A stretch of DNA of 64,000 nucleotides from Eledone cirrhosa (GCA_964016885.1 OZ024749.1:22568001-22632000); one strand, 5' to 3'; positions 41,856-56,195 are shown, counted from the first letter of the stretch. Notes: generated by a model not told the origin, from the sequence alone. Numbers and translations are program-made.

Positions 41856-43514
41856 CAGGGAAGGATTTAATAAGATAACTAACTTACTTATATTTAAGCT
41901 AATTATTGAAACATAAAATCAAGATGGTTGAAGTCTTTCATTTTCAGATAAATATAAACACTTTAAAATAAGTAGCTTTGTATCACACACCCGGGGCGTA
42001 TTCTCGTGGTATTATTTAGCAAAATGGTTAAGTTAAGGTTACACGTGGTTGTGGCAGTGGAATACTGAATCATGTGTATGTTAATTCATGAATTGGAGGT
42101 TCAGTTGATAAAACAACCCAACGTTCTTCGTCGAAGACGATGGAAGATCTATCACAGTAAAGTTAGAGATTTAAAATGTTTTGTTCGGTTTTACTGACCA
42201 ATAAATTCACTGCTGGGGGTTTTATGAAACATTAATATCAATGTAGCTGCAATATAATTAGGTTTAGCGGATTAGGAAGACATCCATTTTAATGACACAC
42301 TAACAATGCAGTCTTTATTATCACATAATGTCTCATCCGCACATAATCTTCTTGATTTATTTCATAAGAATGTGATATCGTTAGCTGTGATGGTATTTAT
42401 TTTAATTTGTGCTGAGATGGAAATTGAAAAACGTAAAAATTAATTTTCTCAGTAGGAAAGACAAATGGTTGAGTATCTAGAATTTCGTAGTATTTTAACT
42501 TTCCGAGCTATGTTCAAATCCCGCATTGATTTAAATTAGTTTACAACATTTCAAAGTTGATACATTTTTGTTGGTGTGAATGTTGTTACCAACGTTGTTT
42601 ATCACCTTATCAACTGTGACCTAGGAATTATTCATTTATAGGAAGTATTTAAGGAATCAGCTCTCAAATTTCAATTCTCCACCTTCTCAACCAGATCTGA
42701 CAATATTTAACATATATTAGACATCGAGCAATATTAAAAATTACCTAAAAAAAAAATAATAAAAAATTGCTGGCTTCGAGCTGTATATATATATATAATT
42801 GAATTAGATTTTATCATGAGCTAGTTCAGAATCAACGGCTCTTCGTTCGAACCTGGTGTGCAGCGTCAGTTGTCCGTAAGGAAATAGTGGTTTGTACTTA
42901 GCGAAGGTTTTTAGATTTGCGATTCCTGTATGTTTTATTATATGTAAGGGTTCAACGTAATCCTGTTACATAATTCATCACAAAAGACAATTATTCCAAT
43001 ATAAAAACTATCAATCTGAGAGAGAGGACATCTTGAACCCGATCATTGAAAAAGTACCAAGATTGAAGATATTGTAAAAAATCAACCAACCATAAACCAA
43101 ATCTTTAAGTACATGGAGGTAACGAAAAGATTCATCAACAGAACCTTCTCGCTGATTTACACCTGCCCTAGCTTCTCATTCTTTCTTTATAATTTTTTAA
43201 TGCTTGATTTGTCCCCAGTTGGCATTCCCTTGTTAAACTTTTTATTTTATATATTTTTTTAAAAACTATTTTTTTTCTATTCACTTATCTCTCTATACCT
43301 AGATTTTTGTTTCTCAACTGTAAGAAGTACTAGATACTTCCCCTTGTCATCCTGCTTACTAGCTCTATACGAACGGTGAAATGGATTGAATGAATGTGGT
43401 TTAGAATTTTATCTTTTAAATTATGACATAATCATTTATCAAAAATAGTCACTTCTTAACAATACAGGGCTACCTGAGCATTCTAAACATAGCCTGCAGC
43501 TAATAATGTTTATT

Positions 43515-43710
43515 GATTTAGGTACAAGGCTAACAATTTTGGGGAAGGGGAAAGTCGATTAAATCGATCCTCGTACTTTATTTTATCGACGCCCGTAAGG
43601 ATTAAAGACAAAGCTAACCTCGGCAGAATTTGAACTCAGTACGTAGAAGGTCGTAGCCATATACAGTCAAGCATGGTGTCTGACGCTCTATCGATGCTGC
43701 TAATCCACTC
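43515..43710 (-). mobile_element. SINE family A, older subfamily
   Basis: CAAGGC..TTTTGGGGAAGGGG..GTCGATTAAATCGA..GAATTTGAACTCAG. Confidence 0.75.
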
Positions 43711-44274
43711 CTTCTCTGGAAGAAACTGCCTGTGTTCAGAGTCGAAGAAGTGATGGATTCCGCCAGGATTTAAAAAATGCCCAAGAAACGCAGTATGTCA
43801 CTACGGCGCCTCTACGACACAGTCAGGATTTAAGGGTCAAAGAGAAATACATTGATATAAGTGTATCAAATTAGTTGGGGGGCACAACTAATTTGATACC
43901 CTTAATATTTATCGAGATATAAAGATATAGGGATTATGGAGACGTTTTTGGAATCAAGGGAAGCAATCCGATAATGGAAGGATTTGAAAGCAAAACCGAA
44001 AGAAGGCAAAATATAAAAAATGCATTCAATTCGTTTTCCTAACAATTCTGACAGACAAGTATGCAATACTTTATATATATACGAAGATTCGAAGAAGATA
44101 TAAAGCTAAAAAGCTATGAGGGATATAAAAGACATCTATGTTATGCTACACACGAAACCATGTTTCCTAACAGAATAAATCCACTCCGTGTTCTGAAAGC
44201 ATGGATGATGCTTAGCTATATATTCCTGATTGACAAACCAGAAAATGAAGGGTTTTCCATATACATACATACTC

Positions 44275-44310
<36 letters not shown>

Positions 44311-44328
44311 TATATATATGTATGTGTG

Positions 44329-44363
<35 letters not shown>

Positions 44364-44370
44364 ATGTGTG

Positions 44371-44451
<81 letters not shown>

Positions 44452-45086
44452 ATAAATATCTACATATATATGGAAGTTATGTAATTAGATTCTGGATTCA
44501 GCTTGAAAACTTCCAGAAAAAAACATATTATTATAAAGAATGTCTTAGACACATGCACGCACACACAGGCATGCATGTGTGTGTGAGTGTGCGTTGTGTG
44601 TGTGTGTGTATGCGTGTGTTTGTGTGTGTGTGTGTGTGTATAAATATGTTTTTACATATCTATATATATGTTTTTGTAAATATACACATGATTGAGTGTT
44701 CAATTTTCATAGATACGCAAAAACGCTCATACACACACACCTAGAAACACCCACCCACACATACACACACATATACACACATATATACATACAGAGCCTT
44801 TCAAACATACGTATACACGGGCTCATTCACTTATATAATTTGTGCTAAGCGAGGCAGGAAATCTAGGAAGACTGATTAAGTGGTTTTCATCTGAAATCAA
44901 ATCCATAAGATGAGTCTAAGAACGGTTCTGATTGGTTAATCTCTGTAATGGAATGTAATGAGATTGTAAAAGTAATGGATGAGTGCTTAGTTAACGTAAT
45001 ACCAATATTCTCATTTTGACATTCTTTTCGTGGTATATTATTATAAACTGGGTATGGTTATATTATATTCAGTCTGAATCCATATA

Positions 45087-45132
<46 letters not shown>

Positions 45133-45321
45133 GACATATCGTATAAATACATATTGAATATATACATATATGTATATATGCACATATGTATATATAGAGA
45201 GAGAGAGATAAATAGTTAGATATATGGATAGCTAGATTGATATCTAACTAGATACGTGTACATATTTAGTTATACGTATGAGAACCGTCCTCTATACGAT
45301 CCTAAGGGAGTTCTTAATAAC

Positions 45322-45506
45322 TGTTTCTACTTTAGGCACAAGGCCAGCAATTACCCAGTGCATTACTGGTACTTTATTTTATCGACCTCGTAAGGATGAA
45401 AGGCAAAGTCAACCTCGGCGGGATTTGAACTCAGATCGTAAAGGGACGTAACTAAGCTGGAAAGCATGGCGTGCGACCCTCTACCGATACTGGTACTCCA
45501 CCGCCC
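45322..45506 (-). mobile_element. SINE family A with 14-bp TSD
   Basis: GAGTTCTTAATAAC at 45308 and 45510. Confidence 0.9.
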
Positions 45507-45562
45507 TGCGAGTTCTTAATAACACTTTGTATTTTGTATCCATGTATTCGTGTTATTTATTC

Positions 45563-45634
<72 letters not shown>

Positions 45635-45738
45635 ATATAGTTGAATATAAATATATAAATATACATAATTATATACATTCATATACATATGCATATTTAA
45701 AAATATCTATCTATCTATCTTTCTATCTATCTATATAC

Positions 45739-45828
<90 letters not shown>

Positions 45829-45960
45829 CATACACATATATAGAGAGATAGAGAGATAGATAGATAGATAGATAGATAGACATTTCTATATATGCATGTG
45901 AATATGAATGTATATATTTATATATTTATATCCAACTATATCAATATATATATATAACTA

Positions 45961-46028
<68 letters not shown>

Positions 46029-46263
46029 ATGTTTAGAAACACACAGATACATGCGGACACACACATATACATGAATGCATCCACACCCAACCGTGAGTTA
46101 AGGGTGCCAACCTCACCGATGTTGCTCAATGAATGACTGGGACAGACCAATCCGGTTGAACTAGACTGAAGAAGTATCAGAGTTAAAAATACATTATGAA
46201 GAGAGAAGAAACATTTAGATATAATTAGTAATAAAATGTATCATACCTAAACTGCTCCTAGAT

Positions 46264-46353
46264 TCCTCGACTACGTAGTTTCGTGGCTTAAACAAAAACA
46301 ATATATCATAAAGATATAGAGTCCTTGCGAGGTCTGCCGACTTATCAAGAGGA
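46264..46353 (-). ncRNA. Type I hammerhead, U3-A8 core
   Basis: Reverse complement of TCCTC-TTGATAA-GTCGGC..GCCAC-GAAA-CTACGTAG-TC-GAGGA. Confidence 0.75.
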
Positions 46354-46856
46354 TACCTCATTTTACTAGCCTCAAGAACGCGTCTAGACGACGTGAGAAA
46401 GAATCCCAAAAGGCGGAGGGGGAGATAGTCACGCGATATAACGGTCGAGAAACAGAGCTAAGCCTCTTATAACCCCGAAGAAAATACCACGGAGGCGGAG
46501 GGGGTATTCATATCGAAGCCGTAGAAGAGGTGGTGAAGGGGGAGAGAAGTATGAGTAATGGCTGCATTCCAGCATTCACCACACTTCAAAGATTACTCGA
46601 CCAGAGGGAGTTATTAACAATATATTTAGAAACACACAGATACATGCGGACACACACTTATACATGAATGCATCCACACCCAACCGTGAGTTAAGGGTGC
46701 CAACCTCACCGATGTTGCTCAATGAATGACTGGGACATACCAATCCGGTTGAACCAGACTGAACCAGTATCAGAGTTAAAAATACATTATGAAGAGAGAA
46801 GAAACATTTAGATATAATTAGTAATAAAATGTATCATACCTAAACTGCTCCTAGAT

Positions 46857-46946
46857 TCCTCGACTACGTAGTTTCGTGGCTTAAACAAAAACAATACATC
46901 ATAAAGATATAGAGTCCTTGCGAGGTCTGCCGACTTATCAAGAGGA
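46857..46946 (-). ncRNA. Type I hammerhead, U3-A8 core
   Basis: Same motif as 46264-46353, +593. Confidence 0.75.
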
Positions 46947-47502
46947 TACCTCATTTTACTAGCCTCAAGAACGCGTCTACACGACGTGAGAAAGAATCCC
47001 AAAAGGCGCAGTTTAGGTATGATACATTTTATTACTAATTATATCTAAATGTTTCTTCTCTCTTCATAATGTATTTTTAACTCTGATACTGGTTCAGTCT
47101 AGTTCAACCGGATTGGTCTGTCCCGATCATTCATTGAGCAACATCGGTGAGGTTGGCACCCTTAACTCACGGTTGGGTGTGGATGCATTCATGTATATGT
47201 GTGTGTCCGCATGTATCTGTGTGTTTCTAAATATATTGTTAATAACTCCCTCTGGTCGAGTAATCTTTAAAGTGTGGTGACTGCTGGAAAGCAGCCATTA
47301 CTCATACTTCTCGCCTCCTTCACCACCTCTTCTACGGCTTCGATATGAATACCCCCTGCGCCTCCGTGGTATTTTCTTCGGGGTTATAAGAGGCTTAGCT
47401 CTGTTTCTCGACCGTTATATCGCGTGACTATCTCCCCCTCCGCCTTTTGGGATTCTTTCTCACGTCGTGTAGACGCGTTCTTGGGGCTAGTAAAATGAGG
47501 TA

Positions 47503-47592
47503 TCCTCTTGATAAGTCGGCAGACCTCGCAAGGACTCTATATCTTTATGATGTATTGTTTTTGTTTATGCCACGAAACTACGTAGTCGAGGA
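47503..47592 (+). ncRNA. Type I hammerhead, U3-A8 core
   Basis: Stem I TCCTC/GAGGA; TTGATAA at 47508-47514; stem II GT(C)GGCA/TGCCAC; GAAA at 47574-47577; palindromic CTACGTAG; GUC at 47585-47587. Confidence 0.78.
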
Positions 47593-48095
47593 ATCTAGGA
47601 GCAGTTTAGGTATGATACATTTTATTACTAATTATATCTAAATGTTTCTTCTCTCTTCATAATGTATTTTTAACTCTGATACTGGTTCAGTCTAGTTCAA
47701 CCGGATTGGTCTGTCCCAGTCATTCATTGAGCAACATCGGTGAGGTTGGCACCCTTAACTCACGGTTGGGTGTGGATGCATTCATGTATATGTGTGTGTC
47801 CGCACGTATCTGTGTGTTTCTAAATATATTGTTAATAACTCCCTCTGGTCGAGTAATCTTTGAAGTGTGGTGACGGCTGGAAAGCAGCCATTACTCATAC
47901 TTCTCGCCTCCTTCACCACCTCTTCTACGGCTTCGATATGAATACCCCCTCCGCCTCCGTGGTATTTTCTTTGGGGTTATAAGAGGCTTAGCTCTGTTTC
48001 TTGACCGTTATATCGCGTGACTATCTCCCCCTCCGCCTTTTGGGATTCTTTCTCACGTCGTGTAGACGCGTTCTTGAGGCTAGTAAAATGAGGTA

Positions 48096-48185
48096 TCCTC
48101 TTGATAAGTCGGCAGACGTCGCAATGACTCAATATCTTTATGATGTATTGTTTTTGTTTATGCCACGAAACGACGTAGTCGAGGA
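48096..48185 (+). ncRNA. Type I hammerhead, U3-A8 core (stem III point mutation)
   Basis: Same motif as 47503-47592, but with CGACGTAG. Confidence 0.68.
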
Positions 48186-48254
48186 ATCTAGGAGCAGTTT
48201 AGGTATGATACATTTTATTACTAATTATATCTAAATGTTTCTTCTCTCTTCATA

Positions 48255-48292
<38 letters not shown>

Positions 48293-48793
48293 ATGAAAAA
48301 GGATTTAAACTTTTTATGGAGTCAAATGTATCATGTGTCGATTGCATAGATTTTGTATGGCGGTTGATTATAATTTCGCATTTCTCCAATCGAGATATAT
48401 TCAATCTAATATAAAAATACACAATTTACTAAATATTAGAAGCAATTTAAAATGTAATTCATGCAGTTAAAAATGGCTTTATAAACGACACAGAAAAACT
48501 AAAGACTATTCCACAGAGAGCAGCTAATTTAATCTAATACTGCAGGGAAATTAAGAACGTAATTGTTGTTTAAACGTTGTAAGATATATAAATTTGAAAG
48601 CTTGTGGTCATTGAAAGTTGGAAAGGGGGTCATAAACTATATCTATCTCGGGAGTGTCTAAAGGAAAATGGTACGTGTGTGGGTATGTGGGTATCTGGGT
48701 ATGTGGGTATGTGTGAGTTTGGGTTGGGGGCTGGCTGTGATCTTCGTTTGTGTGCTTCTGAGAGTGCCGGAGAGCAAGGCAAATTTAAGAACG

Positions 48794-48832
<39 letters not shown>

Positions 48833-48845
48833 ACACACACACACA

Positions 48846-48916
<71 letters not shown>

Positions 48917-48944
48917 GTGTGGATGTATGTATACATGTCTATAT

Positions 48945-49157
48945 GTTTTCGAGTACGGCCAGTACTTTATATCCATGTAGGAGTACCCCTACCGATGCGC
49001 TGAACAAGTGTGACTTTTTAGTCAAGCCAGCGACTTGAAAACTCTGGTACAAACACTACACTTGTGACAATTATTGACACATAGTGCTGGGCCCATGGTA
49101 CCAGGTGACGACAAGTGCAGAGAGATCTCCAGATATAAAGCAAGCCTGTGCCGTGAA
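48945..49157 (-). mobile_element. RTE-derived non-autonomous element, 3' part
   Basis: Inverse of ~51770-51985; encodes [19 protein letters not shown]. Confidence 0.7.
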
Positions 49158-49259
49158 ACACACACATATATATATATGTGTGTGTATTTATGTGTGTGTA
49201 TACATATATAATCATTGTATAATTACCAGTGCCCTACCTACTATATACAAACAGAAGAG

Positions 49260-49571
49260 TTCCACATCATGAGAAGAGGAAGAAAAAGAAGAAGGAGAAG
49301 AAAAAAGAAAAAAGAAGAAGAAGTAGGAGAAGGACGAGTAGAAGATGAAGAAAGAATTAGTAGTAAGAAATGGTCGTCGTCGTAGTAGTATTAGTATTAG
49401 TAGTAGTAGTAGTAGTAGTAGTAACAGTAGTAGTAGTAGGAGTAGTTGTAGTAGCAGTAGCACCAGCAGCAGCAGCATCAGTAGTAGTAGTAGTAGTAGT
49501 AGTAACAGTAGTTGTAGTAGCAGTAGTTGTAGTAGCAGTAGTTGTAGTAACAGTAACAGCAGTCGTAGTAA

Positions 49572-49621
<50 letters not shown>

Positions 49622-49646
49622 CCAGCAGTAGCAGCATTAGCACCAG

Positions 49647-49693
<47 letters not shown>

Positions 49694-49797
49694 ATGCCAG
49701 CAGTAGTAGTAATAGCAGTAGCAGTAGTAGTAGCAGTAGTTGTAGCAGCAGCAGCACCAGCAATAGTAGTAGTAGCATCAGCAGTAGTATCAGCAGG

Positions 49798-49830
<33 letters not shown>
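49260..49830. repeat. (GAA)n/(AGT)n/(ATT)n tract
   Basis: Direct inspection. Confidence 0.95.
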
Positions 49831-50395
49831 GGATTGGCAGTATCGGTAGAGGGTCGGACGCCATGCCTTGACGCAAAGAGTTACGGCCCTTGCCAGTCTG
49901 AGTTCAAATCCCGCCGAGGTTAACTTTGCCTTTCATCCTTACGGGGTCGATAAAATAAAGTACCAGTAATGTACTGGGTATTTGCTGGCCTTGTGCCTCA
50001 CGTAGAAACAATTATTATTATTATTGTTTCTACTTTTAGGCACAAGGCCAGCATTACTGGTACTTTATTTTATCGACCCCGTAAGGATGAAAGGCAAAGT
50101 CAACCTCGGCGGGATTTGAACTCAGATCGTAAAGGGACGTAACTATGCTGGAAAGCATGGCGTCCGACCCTCTACCGATACTGCCAATATTATTATTATT
50201 ATGAAGGTGGAGGATTGGCAGTGTCGGTAGAGGGTCGGACGCCATGCTTTCCAGCATAGTTACGTCCCTTTACGATCTGAGTTCAAATCCCGCCGAGGTT
50301 GACTTTGCCTTTCATCCTTACGGGGGTCGATAAAATAAAGTACCAGTAATACACTGGGTTTTTGATGGTCTTGTGCCAAAAGTAGAAACAATTAT
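49831..50395. mobile_element. Three adjacent SINE A copies (+,-,+) separated by (ATT)n
   Basis: 49831-50014(+), 50021-50187(-), 50205-50395(+). Confidence 0.9.
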
Positions 50396-50660
50396 TATTG
50401 TTAGTAGTAGTAGTAGCAGTAGTAGTAGTGCCAGCAGGAGCAACAGCAGCAGCAGCAACATTAGTAACATTACTACGTCCTTCACTACAACATCAATTAG
50501 TCGGTCTATAGTTATTTATGTCTATTGATGTCTTCGGAATCTTCATGCTTGTTTCTAAAACAAGAATTCTACGAATGGATTTGGCAACTTAATGCAGAGA
50601 TTGTTATCTTAGTCACTCTCTCTCCCTCTTTCCTCTTTACCCTCTCTCTTTCCTCTTTAC

Positions 50661-50700
<40 letters not shown>

Positions 50701-51037
50701 ACTCACTCTCTCTCTCTCTCTCTCTCTTTCCTCTTTACTCACTCTCTCTCTCTCTATATATATATATATACTTATATGAATAAGTACGTATGTATATATG
50801 TATGTATACATGTATATATATGTATATAAATATATATATATATATATGTATATATATATCTATCTATATATGTATGTATATATATATATATATACGCATA
50901 TATATGTGTATATATATATGTATATATATATGTATATATATATATGTATATATATATATGTATATATATATGTATCTATATATATATGTTCACATATATA
51001 TATACATATATATATATATATACATACATATATATAT

Positions 51038-51084
<47 letters not shown>

Positions 51085-51113
51085 CATATATATATATATA
51101 TATATACATACAT

Positions 51114-51319
51114 CTAGAGATCTCTCTGCACTTGGCGTTACATGGTACCATGGGCCCAGCACTATGTGTCAATAATTGTCACAAGTGTAGTGTTTGTACC
51201 AGAGTTTTCAAGTCGCTGGCTGGACTAAAAAGTCACACTCGTTCAGCGCATCGGTAGGGGTTCTCCTACATGGATATAAAGTAGTGGCTGTACTCGAAAA
51301 CGAGTTGGCAGCCACCATA
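51114..51319 (+). mobile_element. RTE-derived element 3' fragment
   Basis: C2H2-like [23 protein letters not shown] then 3' UTR. Confidence 0.7.
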
Positions 51320-51535
51320 TATACATGTATGTATGTATATATATATATATATATGTGTATGTATATATATGTATGTATTTATATTATATATATGTATGTA
51401 TATATATATTTATGTATATATATGTATATATATGTATATATATGTATATATATGTATGTGTATATGTATATATATATATGTATATGTATATATATGTATA
51501 TATGTATGTATGTGTATGTATATATATATATATAT

Positions 51536-52000
51536 GATTTTGGATGACCATTGACTCTTAAGAGCTGCTTTGCGCTTTGACAGGTTTTGTTTTTTGCCCA
51601 TCCAAAATCACCGGGAGAGATGACCCCTTAGCCTTTGTCAAACTCTGATATAACACCTGCAACCCTGATGGTATCGAATGATGTTGATTTCTTCTTCTTT
51701 TTGGTAAATATCATCTTGGTTAAGAGAGTGTGACTGGCTTTGTGCAGTGCTTTTGCTCACTATAAAAGCTTCACGGCACAGGCATTGCTCTATATCTGGA
51801 GATCACTCTGCACTTGTCGTCACATGGTACCATGGACCCAGTACTATGTGTCAATAATTGTCACAAGTGTAGTGTTTGTACCAGAGTTTTCAAGTCGCTG
51901 GCTGGACTAAAATTTCACACTTGTTCAGCGCATCGGTAGGGGTTCTCCTACATGGATATAAAGTAATGGCCGTACTCGAAAACGCGTTGGCAGCCACCAT
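51536..52000 (+). mobile_element. RTE-derived element with inverted 5' segment
   Basis: 51536-51595 is the inverse of ~55309-55365; the remainder matches 55355-55767. Confidence 0.72.
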
Positions 52001-52194
52001 ATATAGGTATATATATATATGTATATGTATATGTAATATATATACATATAGACATGTATACATACATCCACACACATACATACATATATGTACAGTATAT
52101 ATATCTGTAAATACCTGTTTGTATATTCATATCTACATATATCTCTCATCACTCCATACACACACCCTTCCACGCACACACACACACACATATA

Positions 52195-52242
<48 letters not shown>

Positions 52243-52522
52243 CTTATATATGTGTATATATATATATATATATAAATATATATATATATACAAATATATA
52301 TATATGTGTATATATACATATATATATACATACTTATATATGTGTATATATATATATGTAAATATATATATATATATAAATATATGATATTAAATAAATG
52401 GAAACTATAATTATAGCAATATGTTATGCCGTCTTCAGACAAAATACAATATAAACAGTCTCATAAATAAATAGATACGACATGCCTTTCAATCACCTTG
52501 CATTTGGGAGGTTGATTTGGTG

Positions 52523-52588
52523 TATTTTGTCTGAAGACGGCATAACATATTGTTAATATGATATCCCTGAAATATATATAACGAAATA
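52523..52588 (+). ncRNA. Type I hammerhead ribozyme within a fold-back insertion (52383-52710)
   Basis: Stem I TATTTTGT/ACGAAATA, CTGAAGA, stem II with CATATT/AATATG, GAAA, palindromic TATATA, AUA site; inverted partial copy at 52418-52448. Confidence 0.72.
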
Positions 52589-52709
52589 AATATGGTTTTA
52601 TAAATATAGTTTCCATTTATTTAATATCATAAATATACTCCAAATACTTGTTGAGTGCTTTTATATCAGTTATAAATATTTACTCGTTGTAATTTAAATA
52701 TAACTTTCC

Positions 52710-52767
<58 letters not shown>

Positions 52768-52779
52768 CTACCTATATAT

Positions 52780-52818
<39 letters not shown>

Positions 52819-52892
52819 TATATATGTATATATATATATATATGCATGTCGTTAGCTTGGCCACCGCCATAATTTTCCATTTATATATATAT

Positions 52893-53001
52893 TGAGCTCT
52901 GCCGTCGGGGTCATACTTTTTCCTATTAGCCACTCTACTACCCTAAGTATTGAGTAATTTGGTGCGTTATGGTCCATCTGGTTCTTTCCCACAATTCCTT
53001 C

Positions 53002-53069
<68 letters not shown>

Positions 53070-53262
53070 CAAACATATATATATATATGTGTGTATGTAG
53101 TAATAATAATAAATCTGGAGACTAAAATCCGAAGAGGGCTAGATAAGGATAACATATATATCAAATATATAAGAACCGTAGAGCAAATATTTATTAAAAT
53201 AAAAGATTAAAGTTTAGCCAAGAACTGCTGCTTTCACCGTTAAGTGGATCTTCTGAAACTAT
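52893..53262 (-). mobile_element. Composite copy of 20864-21190
   Basis: Near-identical, and shares the diagnostic TAATGAAGGAATTGTGG variant. Confidence 0.72.
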
Positions 53263-53264
53263 AT

Positions 53265-53302
<38 letters not shown>

Positions 53303-53976
53303 TAAAATGTAGAATATGCTAATAGAATTTTCTCATAGAAAAACGTTTTATTAATAACAATTTTTATATATTTTATATATTTATATACATATATATATAC
53401 TTACATAAATATACACACACATATGTATATATGTATGTATGTATATATATATATATGTAAATACAAATATATATACATTGATGTACATACATATACACAT
53501 ACACATGCATGCATGCAGACATTCATACATATCTACCTAGTTGATGTGGGAATTCCAATGAGAGAGTCTTGTGTCTATGTTAGAAACCGGCTCTCTCTCT
53601 ATTGGTAAACATTTGAGAAATTATAAAACCAGAGAAACATACATACATACAAACATATATACATCCACCAATCCATGCATCCATACATACATACGTACGT
53701 ACGTACATATATAGGTCAGCATTTCGTAGGGGAAGCCGTAAAGCTATAAAACCGTCAAGATGTAATGGCGTATTGTTGACAGTTTGGTTCTTCGATCTAA
53801 TTCTGTTTACTGATTTAGCAGAAACGAGATTAACAAGCGCCATAGAAAACAGCGGTTTTATTTAGACTTACCATTTAGAGAAACATAAGCTAAACTCTAT
53901 AAGTGATCTGTTTTGGTTTGACTAATTCGAGAGCTTTCCATCTTAATTTAGTCTTTTGTGTAAATAGCTATCCATG

Positions 53977-54035
<59 letters not shown>

Positions 54036-54138
54036 TATGTGTGTGGTGTGTGTGTATATATACGTGCGCATATGTATAGAGCCTTTTGTGTTTGTATTTA
54101 TGTGTATGTGTGTGTACATATATGGGTGCGTATATATT

Positions 54139-54198
<60 letters not shown>

Positions 54199-54299
54199 CA
54201 TTTTTTTAACGATCGACTGACGTCAAATCGGACCGAGGGAACAATGTTTCCGTTGGTCTTTCCAATTGCTAATACTATCTATCGGTCGCAACTCCAGGT

Positions 54300-54632
<333 letters not shown>

Positions 54633-54845
54633 TAAATATATATATATATATATATAAATAGAGTGAATTCATCTAATACACACTATATAGGTTGCAATAA
54701 AGTGATGATATATACGTGATATATACATCTTGATTAAATATGTATATATCCAAATACACATATGTAATACGTATATATATAGATATGTGTATGCGTGTGT
54801 GTGTGTGTGTGTGTGTGCCTGTGTATGTGTGTATGTGTGTGTTTG

Positions 54846-54876
<31 letters not shown>

Positions 54877-55173
54877 TCTTATGAATTATTTATCTTAGTT
54901 CAAATAAAAGTGTATTTTTAACCTTCGTCTTAAGTACGCTCTGCTTTCGTAATTCGTAGCCATGCCTCTCATTATATAAAACTCTACATGACATTTACTG
55001 CGATTGTTGTCTGCCTGCAGAGTGCTATGAAAATAGACACAGTAAAGCTAAATTGGAACGTGGCAAATGTACGAAACCTGCTGAGATCTGCAAATTCTTT
55101 ACTGATCCTTCATTGATATTGCATTTATAAAGCGAAAATTCGATTTTAATGTAATTCCCGATATACGTTAGAA

Positions 55174-55204
<31 letters not shown>

Positions 55205-55229
55205 TGTATGTATGTATGTATGTATGTAT

Positions 55230-55767
55230 CGGGTCGTTGGCGACTAAACTGACCAAGCCACCAAAGTTTCTTGGTGAGGAGGGTGACTTTGGACATCCTG
55301 TAGGACTAAAAACAAAAACCGTCAAAGGGCAAAGGAACTCTTAAGAGTCAATGGCCATCCAAAATCACCGGGAGAGATGACCCCTTAGCCTTTGTCAAGG
55401 CAGAATTCTAGGAGAAGGAAAACTCTGATATAACACCTGAAACCCTGATGGTATCCAATGATGTTGACTTGTTCTTCTCTTTGGTAAATATCATCTTGGT
55501 TAAGAGAGTGGGACTGACTTTGTGCAGTGCTTTTGCTCACTATAAAAGCATCACGGCACAGGCATTGCTTTATCTCTGCACTTGTTGTCACATGGTATCA
55601 TGGGCCCAGCACTATGTGTCAATAATTGTCACAAGTGTAGTGTTTGCACCAGAGTTTTCAAGTCGCTGGCTCGACTAAAAAGCCATACTCGTTCAGCGCA
55701 TCGGTAGGGGTTTTCCAACATGGATATAAAGTAATGGCCGTACTTGAAAACGAGTTGGCAGCCTCCA
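55230..55767 (+). mobile_element. Bipartite RTE-derived non-autonomous retroelement, longest copy
   Basis: RTE 5'-UTR-like CTAGGAGAAGGAAAACTCTGA joined to the zinc-finger 3' end with no RT between; embedded in (ATGT)n. Confidence 0.62.
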
Positions 55768-55817
55768 TGTATGTATGTATGTATGTATGTATGTATGTAT
55801 GTATGTATGTATGTATG

Positions 55818-55848
<31 letters not shown>

Positions 55849-56195
55849 TGATGTATGTATGTATGTATGTATGTATGTATGTATGTATGCGGCTCAGTAG
55901 TTACTGATGACGTTGATCTTTTATTCTTTTCAGATTGTATCTACTGTCGCTCAGAGAGAGCGATTGGCTCAGTGCACAGTCTTTCCACACTTTAAATAAA
56001 ATCTTCATGCACAGGCATTTTATGATAGAATTAATTAATAATTATTAATAATGTTATATCGTCAATGGCCATACTTGATAACGAGGGGGCAGCCATCATC
56101 ATGTATGCATGTATGTATGTGTGTGTATACATGTATGTATGAGTATCTGTATGTTTGTATCTATAAGTGTGTGCACATATGTTTGCATTTGTGCG

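Larger units (their letters stand above)
46026..48258. mobile_element. 593-bp HHR-bearing non-coding unit: ~1.7 inverted + ~2.1 direct tandem copies (retrozyme-like / non-autonomous PLE)
   Basis: Period 593 (46264 vs 46857; 47008, 47601, ~48193). Strand switch at ~47008. (TA)n on both flanks; one HHR per unit. Confidence 0.85.

Noticed and set aside
41900-44260. Host exons in the microsatellite-free stretch
   Set aside because: No convincing ORF or splice-bounded coding segment; small exons cannot be excluded without RNA-seq
46215-48234. Repeated 64-77 aa ORF in the 593-bp unit
   Set aside because: Non-ATG start, no domain, overlaps the ribozyme; it recurs only because the DNA is repeated
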